Assembly (NCBI GenBank): GCA_030650395.1
Contig: JAUSDY010000128.1
Location: 13 to 64,012 of the forward strand
Source: Acidobacteriota bacterium
GTDB taxonomy: Bacteria > Acidobacteriota > Vicinamibacteria > Vicinamibacterales > UBA2999
Reading direction: 5' to 3'
Length of the DNA stretch: 64,000 nt
A model generated the notes under the pieces. The model was not told where the DNA came from. It was given only the letters and a program-made list of their open reading frames with translations, and did not search any database. This document shows, in pieces, positions 9,728-16,528 of the stretch (position 1 is the first letter of the stretch; each line of letters opens with the position of its first letter). The position numbers and the translations under genes are program-made.

Positions 9728-10640
9728 GCCAGAACGCCGTGCCCCAAGCTATCACTATTGCGTCGGCGGTGCCGAGTCTGGGGCGGGCCGCGAACACGTC
9801 GAACGACGACTGATCGAGCCGATCGAGAATGCGCGTGCCGCCCAGCCACGTCGCGCGCAATTCGTAGCGTAAGCGACCCGAGACGCCGTCGCACACCGCG
9901 CGGCCCTCTCTGAACAGCTCGCGCGTCTGCCGGCCGCAATCGCGCAGCGTAGCCATCCACGCCGGCGTCATGCGGCCGCTGTCGAGCGACGACGGGTCGG
10001 CGCCGTGAGGCCGCCACGTTTCCTCTGGCACGTAAAGCCGGCCGCGCGACCAATCGATCGCCAGGTCCTGCCAGAAGTTCGTCAGCTGCAGCGCCGTGCA
10101 CACCGCGTCGGAGGCGCGGTCGAGATCGGCGTCGCGATAGCCACTCAAGCGCAACACGAGCCGGCCAACGGGATTGGCCGAACGGCGGCAGTAGTCGAGC
10201 ACGTCCTCCCACGTCGCATACCGGGTCGTCGTGACGTCCTGCTTGAACGCGCTCAACAGGTCATCGAAAAGATCTGCCGGGAGCTGAAACCGGATCGCGG
10301 TATCAGCCAGCGCTAGAAAGACATAGTCGGGAGGGAACTGTTGGTCGGGAGGGAACTGCTGGTCGGGAGTCACTTCTTGTCGTGTTTCAATTCGCCCGCC
10401 GAGCGCGGCATGTAGCCTTTGCTGCCAATCGTCCAGCAGAAGGAGCCGCTCGTCCACGGTGCGGCCGGGCTCGTCCGCATAGTCGTCCGCGATGCGCGCG
10501 AAGGCGTAGATCGCGGCCACGTGCGGGCGCAGGTGCGCCGGCATCAATCGGGACGCCACCGGGAAGTTTTCGTAATGCGATTGCGCAAGTTGCAGGCAGG
10601 CCGCGTAGGCCTGCTGCAGCTCGCGTCGGCCCGTCACCAC
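9720..10640 (-). CDS. hpnC: Hydroxysqualene synthase HpnC (squalene/phytoene synthase family)
   Basis: HYENFPVASRLMPAHLRPHVAAIYAFARIADDYADE. The 445-aa ORF is trimmed to the GTG at 10640/10637, which gives a GTGA overlap with the stop of the upstream adenosyltransferase gene. The longer N-terminus would overlap that gene. Confidence 0.8.
   Translation of the reverse strand: MVTGRRELQQAYAACLQLAQSHYENFPVASRLMPAHLRPHVAAIYAFARIADDYADEPGRTVDERLLLLDDWQQRLHAALGGRIETRQEVTPDQQFPPDQQFPPDYVFLALADTAIRFQLPADLFDDLLSAFKQDVTTTRYATWEDVLDYCRRSANPVGRLVLRLSGYRDADLDRASDAVCTALQLTNFWQDLAIDWSRGRLYVPEETWRPHGADPSSLDSGRMTPAWMATLRDCGRQTRELFREGRAVCDGVSGRLRYELRATWLGGTRILDRLDQSSFDVFAARPRLGTADAIVIAWGTAFWRG
10326..10369. 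repeat. 18-nt in-frame tandem repeat (about 2.4 copies) in hpnC
   Basis: The unit gtcgggagggaactg(t/c)tg is repeated, encoding PDQQFPPDQQFPPD. Confidence 0.9.
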
Positions 10641-11173
10641 GGTGTTTCGGTAATACCTGCGCGATGGTTGGCGGCGCGCGCCATCGTGAAGAGCAGATCC
10701 GACAGGCGATTGAGATACACCATCACGATCGGTTCGACCGCGTCGGAACCGAGCGACAGCACCGACCGTTCGGCGCGCCGGCAGACGGTGCGCGCGAAGT
10801 GCAGCGCGGCGCCGGCCGGCGTTCCATCCGACAGGATGAAATGCCGCAGCGGCGCGATCTCGGTATCGAGGCGATCGATCCAGCCTTCGAGCCGCGCGAT
10901 AGTCGCGTCGTCTATGACGATTTTCTCGACGCGCCTGGCAATCTTGTGCGACGGATCGGCTAGCCGCGCACCAAGCGCGAACAGGTCGCGTTGCAGCGCG
11001 AGGCAGATCTCGTCGAGATCCGGCGGCAGGCCCGCAGCGCGGACCACGCCGAGGCACGCCTGCACTTCGTCGACGTCGCCGTACGCCACGACGCGCGGGT
11101 GCGTCTTGCTGACGCGCGTGCCGTCGAACAGGCTGGTGTCGCCCGAATCACCGGTCTTCGTGTAGATGGACAC
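10634..11173 (-). CDS. PduO-type ATP:cob(I)alamin adenosyltransferase
   Basis: N-terminus MSIYTKTGDSGDTSLFDGTRVSKTHPRVVAYGDVDE is typical of the family. 179 aa. GTG start. Confidence 0.85.
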   Translation of the reverse strand: MSIYTKTGDSGDTSLFDGTRVSKTHPRVVAYGDVDEVQACLGVVRAAGLPPDLDEICLALQRDLFALGARLADPSHKIARRVEKIVIDDATIARLEGWIDRLDTEIAPLRHFILSDGTPAGAALHFARTVCRRAERSVLSLGSDAVEPIVMVYLNRLSDLLFTMARAANHRAGITETPW

Positions 11174-11186
11174 TGTAGGATTATAG

Positions 11187-11208
11187 GGCCGGGACTAAAG
11201 TCCCGGCC
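11187..11208. repeat. Short hairpin GGCCGGGAC-TAAA-GTCCCGGCC
   Basis: Perfect 9-bp stem with a TAAA loop (complement TTTA). Lies in the divergent intergenic region between the adenosyltransferase gene and the mutY-like gene. Confidence 0.9.
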
Positions 11209-11221
11209 TCCCGGCATCACC

Positions 11222-11899
11222 TTGCTTCACACTAGACGGGCACATCCGCTCCCTGCACCTCCACTGCGGCAACGCTTTCGCCGCAACCTGCTGGCGTGGT
11301 ACCGCGTCAACGGCCGGGATCTGCCGTGGCGCAACACCGCCGACCCGTACCACATCCTCGTGTCCGAGATCATGCTGCAGCAGACGCAGGTCGATCGCGT
11401 GCTGCCGAAGTACCACGAGTGGCTCGGCAAGTATCCGAGTTTCGCGGTGCTCGCCGAGGCCAAGCCCGCGGAAGTGACCAAGACGTGGTACCCGCTCGGC
11501 TACAACATCCGGCCGCGCCGGCTGCAGTCGATCGCGCAGCAGGCCGTCGAGAAGTACGACGGGCGCTTACCTTCCGATCACGACACGCTGATGTCGTTCA
11601 AAGGGATCGGCGCCTACACCGCCGGCGCGATCCGCAGCTTCGCGTTTCGTGAGCGCGCCGCCATTCTCGACACCAACGTGGCGCGGGTGTTGTTCAGGAT
11701 TTTCGTCGGCAAGGGTGATCCAAAAGCCCACGCGATGAAGAAACGGTTGTGGGCGCTGTCGGCGGCGGTGCTTCCCCACAAGCACGTCTTCGATTTCAAC
11801 CAGGCGTTGATGGATTTCGGCGCCACGCACTGCAGCGCGCGCAAGCCGAAGTGCCCGGCGTGCCCGATGCGCCGTTTCTGCAAATCGGCGACAGCGTAG
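11222..11899 (+). CDS. MutY-family adenine DNA glycosylase, catalytic HhH-GPD/FeS domain only
   Basis: LLAWYRVNGRDLPWRNTADPYHILVSEIMLQQTQVDRV, plus a C-x6-C-x2-C-x5-C cluster (CSARKPKCPACPMRRFC). No MutT-like C-terminal domain. The start is uncertain: there is no ATG downstream of the opposite-strand gene, so I take the TTG at 11222. Confidence 0.7.
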   Translation: MLHTRRAHPLPAPPLRQRFRRNLLAWYRVNGRDLPWRNTADPYHILVSEIMLQQTQVDRVLPKYHEWLGKYPSFAVLAEAKPAEVTKTWYPLGYNIRPRRLQSIAQQAVEKYDGRLPSDHDTLMSFKGIGAYTAGAIRSFAFRERAAILDTNVARVLFRIFVGKGDPKAHAMKKRLWALSAAVLPHKHVFDFNQALMDFGATHCSARKPKCPACPMRRFCKSATA

Positions 11900-11919
11900 C
11901 GCGGAACTTTAGTTCCGCG
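11900..11919. terminator. Hairpin CGCGGAAC-TTTA-GTTCCGCG between convergent genes
   Basis: Starts one nucleotide after the mutY-like TAG. The mutT stop codon (TAA, minus strand) is formed by the TTTA loop. The same core GCGGAAC-TTTA-GTTCCGC recurs at 27241-27260. Confidence 0.6.
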
Positions 11920-12304
11920 ATTTCTGCGACGACAACACCACTATCAGCGCGCGGTCGGCTTCGGGAAAAGGCAACGACGACAGCTCGTTGCGAGGCACCC
12001 AGCGCATCTGCTGCCCCATCATCGGCTTCGGTTCGCCTTCGAACCCGCAGCGATAGAAAAACAGCTCCACCGTTTTCTCTGGATACCTGTGCGTGGCGGT
12101 GTGCACCAGCCCGCCGACGTGGCCGACGATGTCGAGCTCTTCGAAGAGCTCGCGGCGAAGCGCCTCGACATGAGTTTCGGCGTGATGGACTTTGCCGCCA
12201 GGGAATTCCCAATGGCCGGCCAGGTGCGTGCCGTCAGGCCTCAGCGTCAACAGGAACGACTCATCCTGTTCGATGACCGCTGCGACGACAACGACAGCGC
12301 TCAT
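11909..12304 (-). CDS. mutT: NUDIX pyrophosphohydrolase, MutT-like
   Basis: Nudix box GGKVHHAETHVEALRRELFEELDI. I take the start at the ATG at 12304, which makes an ATGA overlap with the upstream gene's stop. Confidence 0.75.
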   Translation of the reverse strand: MSAVVVVAAVIEQDESFLLTLRPDGTHLAGHWEFPGGKVHHAETHVEALRRELFEELDIVGHVGGLVHTATHRYPEKTVELFFYRCGFEGEPKPMMGQQMRWVPRNELSSLPFPEADRALIVVLSSQKSRN

Positions 12305-13365
12305 TGCGGAGAGGACGAACCGACCGGCACGGGCTGGATCCACGCGAGCTTGCCGTTCGATTCGATGACCTTGGCACGCACGTACCCCTCATCGCCTTTG
12401 AAGGTGTAGCTCGCCGTCGGCGTCGTCTGTTCGCTCAGCACTGTCCCCTGCCGGCCGATGAACTGAATGCGATAACGGCTCGACGGCTCTTCCTTGACGG
12501 CAATGGTGAGCGCGGTCTTCGTGGCATCGACGGAGCGAAGCTCGACGCCGGTCGACGAATAGAAGTCGCCACGCTCGAGCGCCTCGACGAGCGCGCGCGC
12601 CTCGAGCCGCGGCGACCGCACGTAGACCCAACCCTGACCCGGTCTCGGCGCCGCCGGATCCTCCGGCCGCTTGAAGTAATGCGCGTCGTCCACCGCCACG
12701 CCGTAAAGCAGCTTGCCGCTCGACAGAATGCGGTCCCACGTTTCTTCGAGCCCGGGTACGCCGCCGCCACCGAGGTTGTTCACGAACGGATGGCCGTTGA
12801 ACACCTCGAACAGGCGCGTGCGCTGGATCTGCCCGAGCTCATCCGGCGAGATCGCCCAGCCATAGTTGGGGTGATTGATGCTCGGCACGCCTCGCGCGTC
12901 GCGGATCGCATCGACCATCCGCTGCACCATATCGACGACCGATCTCCCACCCGGAGGCTGGACCAGTCGCTCGACCTCGAGGCCGTTGATGTGGATCGGT
13001 TTATCGCCAAAGCGATCGGTGATCTCCTCGCCTTTCACGACCAGGAACTTGTCGTCCGCGCCGTGCAGCGCGTTGAGGCCCGTCACGCTCGTCAGGTAGT
13101 TGTGGTCGGTGAGCACGAGGAAGTGATAGCCGCGCTCGCGGTACCACGTGACGACCGCGTCGGGCGTCGAGTCGCCGTCGCTGTTCAGCGTGTGCGTGTG
13201 GAGGTTGCCTTTGAACCACAGGGCTTCCACCCCAGCGCGGCTGCCGCGCTGGGGGCCCGGTTGAGGGCTTGGGGGCTTGAGGGCTTGAGAGCCCGACATC
13301 ACTGCACCTGCAGATCCAAAGGCCGCAATGAGAAGCACGAGACGGGCTCTTGAGAAATGTGTCAT
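12301..13365 (-). CDS. Secreted PHP-domain metallohydrolase (CehA/McbA-like)
   Basis: Signal peptide, then NLHTHTLNSDGDSTPDAVV...FLVLTDHN (PHP His/Asp motifs). It carries family D repeat 13221-13294 in frame just after the signal peptide. Confidence 0.7.
   Translation of the reverse strand: MTHFSRARLVLLIAAFGSAGAVMSGSQALKPPSPQPGPQRGSRAGVEALWFKGNLHTHTLNSDGDSTPDAVVTWYRERGYHFLVLTDHNYLTSVTGLNALHGADDKFLVVKGEEITDRFGDKPIHINGLEVERLVQPPGGRSVVDMVQRMVDAIRDARGVPSINHPNYGWAISPDELGQIQRTRLFEVFNGHPFVNNLGGGGVPGLEETWDRILSSGKLLYGVAVDDAHYFKRPEDPAAPRPGQGWVYVRSPRLEARALVEALERGDFYSSTGVELRSVDATKTALTIAVKEEPSSRYRIQFIGRQGTVLSEQTTPTASYTFKGDEGYVRAKVIESNGKLAWIQPVPVGSSSPQ
13221..13294. repeat. Family D element in frame in the PHP-domain gene
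   Basis: Sequence gggcttccaccccagcgcggctgccgcgctgggggcccggttgagggcttgggggcttgagggcttgagagccc, which encodes LKPPSPQPGPQRGSRAGVEAL. Confidence 0.9.
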
Positions 13366-14282
13366 TGAATAGATGCCTGCGTGCGAGCATCATTCCACAC
13401 CACCGTAACTTCGGTGCCACGATCGACGAAATCGCGATGCAGGTAGCCGAGGCCGACAATCGCGTTCTGAGCCGGCGAAAACGCGGCGCTGGTGACGCGG
13501 CCGATATCGCGATCGCCGGAAAAAATCCGCGCCCCTGGCGCCAAGGACAAACCTTCCACCTTCGCGCCAAGCGCTTCGGCGGACAAGAAAGGTTTGTCCC
13601 CACCAGTGGGTTCACCGGCGCCAGCGGCCTTCCATCGGACCAGCCGTTTCGCGACGCGGCCGCCGCCGCGATGCGTCACGCGGACGATCACTTCCTGGCC
13701 GACGTAGCAGCCCTTGGTGAACGAGATGGCGCGATCTTCGATGCCCGCCTCGAGCGGGATGGTGTCTTCGTTCATGTCGACGAGAAACTTGGGCACACCG
13801 TCTTCGATGCGGACGACCTCGTAGGTATCGAGATCGACTTCGGGAAAAGGAGGGGGCTGGCCCCGGTCAGCGAACACCGTGGTCCCGGAGCCCGGAGCCC
13901 GGAGCCCGGAGCCCGACTCCTTCGCAGGCCCGAACACCGTCCACACCGACAGGCTGGCGCTCTCGTCGGTGACCTGCGCGTCTTCCGTGAAGATCAAGCC
14001 GTCAAGCCGATCGCGAAGCGACGCCGCCAGCGGCGCGGGCACGTCGAGCAACAGGCGCGGCCGGCGCGCCAGGATGTTCATGTCGGTGATCATCCGGCCT
14101 TGCGGCGTCAGGTACGCCGCATAGCAGCCCTGTCCCTCGCCCAGCGCCTCGACGTCGTTGGTCACCAGGCCCTGCAGCCAGGCCGCCCGATCGCGGCCGG
14201 CCACGGCCAAAACGCCGCGATCGACCCGCCTCACGGCGCCGCCCGATGTCCGGAGTGCCCGGTAGCCGTCCAGGGAAAACAT
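13362..14282 (-). CDS. ygfZ: Folate-binding protein YgfZ (GcvT/aminomethyltransferase fold)
   Basis: RGVLAVAGRDRAAWLQGLVTNDV...YLTPQGRM...ISFTKGCYVGQE. It carries two in-frame repeats, at 13545-13599 and 13884-13915. Confidence 0.8.
   Translation of the reverse strand: MFSLDGYRALRTSGGAVRRVDRGVLAVAGRDRAAWLQGLVTNDVEALGEGQGCYAAYLTPQGRMITDMNILARRPRLLLDVPAPLAASLRDRLDGLIFTEDAQVTDESASLSVWTVFGPAKESGSGLRAPGSGTTVFADRGQPPPFPEVDLDTYEVVRIEDGVPKFLVDMNEDTIPLEAGIEDRAISFTKGCYVGQEVIVRVTHRGGGRVAKRLVRWKAAGAGEPTGGDKPFLSAEALGAKVEGLSLAPGARIFSGDRDIGRVTSAAFSPAQNAIVGLGYLHRDFVDRGTEVTVVWNDARTQASIQ
13545..13599. repeat. Family A long palindromic element (55 nt) in frame in ygfZ
   Basis: Sequence ggacaaaccttccaccttcgcgccaagcgcttcggcggacaagaaaggtttgtcc. 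By my manual alignment 49 of 55 positions are identical to 28538-28592. It encodes GDKPFLSAEALGAKVEGLSL. Confidence 0.92.
13884..13915. repeat. CCCGGAG heptamer, 4.5 copies, in frame in ygfZ
   Basis: Read directly. The same word array is intergenic at 35281-35319. Confidence 0.9.
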
Positions 14283-14297
14283 GTTCTAAGCTGAGTT

Positions 14298-15983
14298 GTG
14301 ACCCTCCTTCATCTTACCGGCGTTGTCGTCGCAGCTGCCGTGACGGCCTCCACCGCCGCGGCCCAGGCGCCCGCGCCGAAGCCGCCGGCCGACCCGGCGG
14401 GCACGCAGTTCCTGGTGTTCTTCCGCTCGCAGCCGATCGGACGCGAAGAAGTCGTCGCGCTTCGCATCGGCGACGAATGGGTGATCCGCGGCTCGAGCCG
14501 GTTGGGGGCGCCAATCGACATCACGACGCGGAACGCCGAGGTGATCTACGACCTGCAATGGCGGCCGAAGTCGCTGGTGGTCGACGCGATCATTCGCGGG
14601 CAGGACGTCTCGCTCAAGACCACCTTCGAAGGCGGCAAGGCGTCGAATGTGATCGCCGTGCAAGGCAGCCCTCAATCGAAGGTCGATGCGGTATCAGCCG
14701 ATCCGGTCGTGCTGCCCAACGCGTTTCTCGGCTCGTACGCCGCGCTCGGCAAGCGTTTACAGGGCCGCGCCGTGGGAACGGAGCTGCGCGCGTACATCGC
14801 TCCGCAAGGAGAGGTCACGATGAAGATCACCGCCGTGGCGTCCGAACGGATGGACACACCCAAAGGCGCGTTTGCGGCGACGCGCTACGGGTTAACGGTC
14901 TCGAGCCCGCCTCCAGCCGCCGACCTGCCGTTCAATTTATGGACCAACGCCGACGGCGATCTGCTGCGCGTCAGCATTCCCGCGCAGACCCTCGAGATGG
15001 CGCGCGAAGACATTGCATCCGCCGCCTCGAGGACCTCGGCGTTTTCGATCGCCGGTGACGAACCGGTGCAAATCCCCGCCGTCGGCTTCAACCTGGCGGC
15101 CACCGTGACGCGGCCGCCGAAACCGACCGGCAAGCTTCCCGTCGTTGTCTTGATCGGCGGTTCGGGTCCGACCGATCGCGACGAGGTCGTAGCGGGCATC
15201 CCGGTGTTCGGACAACTCGCGCGCGATCTCGTGGCGGCCGGCTTCATGGTGGTGCGCTACGACAAGCGCGGCATCGGCCAGAGCGGCGGGCGCGCCGAAT
15301 CGGTCACGATTGCCGACTACGCCGAAGACGGGCGATCGATCCTGTTCTGGCTCGGCCGGCAAAAGGACGTCGACGAAAACCGCATCGCCCTCGTCGGCTA
15401 CGGTGAAGGCGCCGGCGTCGCCATGCTCACCGCCGGACGCGAGCGCGACCGGGTGTCGGCGCTGGTACTGCTCGCGGGCATCGCCACCACCGGCGCGCAA
15501 TTGGTGATCGAACAACAGCGGCACCTCCTGTCGCAGATGAAGATCGACGATGCGCAGCGGGCGGAGAAGCTGGCGTTGCAGGAACGAATCAACCAGGCCG
15601 TGATCAAGGGCACCGGATGGATCGACATTCCCGATTCGGTCCGGAGGGTCGCCGACACGCCGTGGTTCTACAGCTTCCTGACATTCAATCCGGCCCAGGC
15701 GATGCGCGACGTTCGCCAGCCCGTGCTGATCGTGCAGGGCGAGCTCGACACGCAGGTCCCGCCGCATCACGCCGACGAGCTCGCGGTGTTCGCTCGCGAG
15801 CGCAAAAACAAGGCGACCGTGGATGTCGTGAAGGTGCCGGGCGTCAATCACCTGTTCGTGCCCGCCAAGACCGGCGAGCTGGTCGAGTACACATCGCTCG
15901 GCGCGGATGCCAGGGTGTCGGCGGACGTGACGTCGGCGATCGCCTCGTGGCTGACGAAGACGCTGGGGCCGGCGTCTCGTTGA
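14298..15983 (+). CDS. Secreted alpha/beta-hydrolase-fold protein with an N-terminal domain of unknown function; the nucleophile Ser appears to be replaced
   Basis: Signal peptide MTLLHLTGVVVAAAVTASTAAAQA. The C-terminal half has a hydrolase-fold layout (VVVLIGGSGP, IALVGYGEGAGVAML, VQGELDTQVP, VNHLF). The G-x-S-x-G position reads GYGEG. Confidence 0.6.
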   Translation: MTLLHLTGVVVAAAVTASTAAAQAPAPKPPADPAGTQFLVFFRSQPIGREEVVALRIGDEWVIRGSSRLGAPIDITTRNAEVIYDLQWRPKSLVVDAIIRGQDVSLKTTFEGGKASNVIAVQGSPQSKVDAVSADPVVLPNAFLGSYAALGKRLQGRAVGTELRAYIAPQGEVTMKITAVASERMDTPKGAFAATRYGLTVSSPPPAADLPFNLWTNADGDLLRVSIPAQTLEMAREDIASAASRTSAFSIAGDEPVQIPAVGFNLAATVTRPPKPTGKLPVVVLIGGSGPTDRDEVVAGIPVFGQLARDLVAAGFMVVRYDKRGIGQSGGRAESVTIADYAEDGRSILFWLGRQKDVDENRIALVGYGEGAGVAMLTAGRERDRVSALVLLAGIATTGAQLVIEQQRHLLSQMKIDDAQRAEKLALQERINQAVIKGTGWIDIPDSVRRVADTPWFYSFLTFNPAQAMRDVRQPVLIVQGELDTQVPPHHADELAVFARERKNKATVDVVKVPGVNHLFVPAKTGELVEYTSLGADARVSADVTSAIASWLTKTLGPASR

Positions 15984-16160
15984 TCCCGTCGAGCGCGCTA
16001 TTGATCCGCGTCACCGGACACGACCCAAGGCAGTCCATCTCATCCATGGGCCTCGACGGCATGCTCTATCTCATTGGTGTTAGAGACAGAGACATCGGCA
16101 CCTAAGGTTTCGGTTCAGGAGTTCAGAGGAGTGTGGGACTATCTCCCCGGAGCGCCCCCT

Positions 16161-16520
16161 ATGCCTATCTCAGAAAGACAAGTCGGCGAAGTCACCGTCA
16201 TCGACCTCTCTGGAAAGCTCGCGTCGTCCGAAGAAAGCGGCATACTCAAAGAGAAGGTGACGAGCGTGTTTTTTCAGGGCCACAAGCAGGTCCTGATCAA
16301 CCTCAACGGCCTCACCTACATCGACAGCAGCGGCCTGGGAGAGTTGGTCGCGTGCCTGGCGACGGCCAGGCGGAATAATGGCGAAGTCAAGCTCGCCAAC
16401 CTGGGCAAGCGTGTTCAGGACCTGATGATCATGACCAAGCTGCTGAACGTCTTCGACGTGCACGATTCGGAAGCGAGCGCGCTGACGAGCTACGCCAACA
16501 AGGATGTGAGCCCGCGGTAA
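16161..16520 (+). CDS. STAS-domain anti-sigma-factor antagonist (SpoIIAA-like)
   Basis: VTVIDLSGKL...INLNGLTYIDSSGLGELV...LANLGKRVQDLMIMTKL. The ATG at 16161 is preceded by GGAG. Confidence 0.8.
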   Translation: MPISERQVGEVTVIDLSGKLASSEESGILKEKVTSVFFQGHKQVLINLNGLTYIDSSGLGELVACLATARRNNGEVKLANLGKRVQDLMIMTKLLNVFDVHDSEASALTSYANKDVSPR

Positions 16521-16528
16521 CCCGCGGG

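Noticed and set aside
9720-11057. The full 445-aa ORF as the hpnC product
   Set aside because: The first roughly 139 codons overlap the PduO-type adenosyltransferase gene on the same strand in another frame, and they are Arg-rich shadow sequence. The HpnC homology starts just after a GTG that overlaps the upstream stop.
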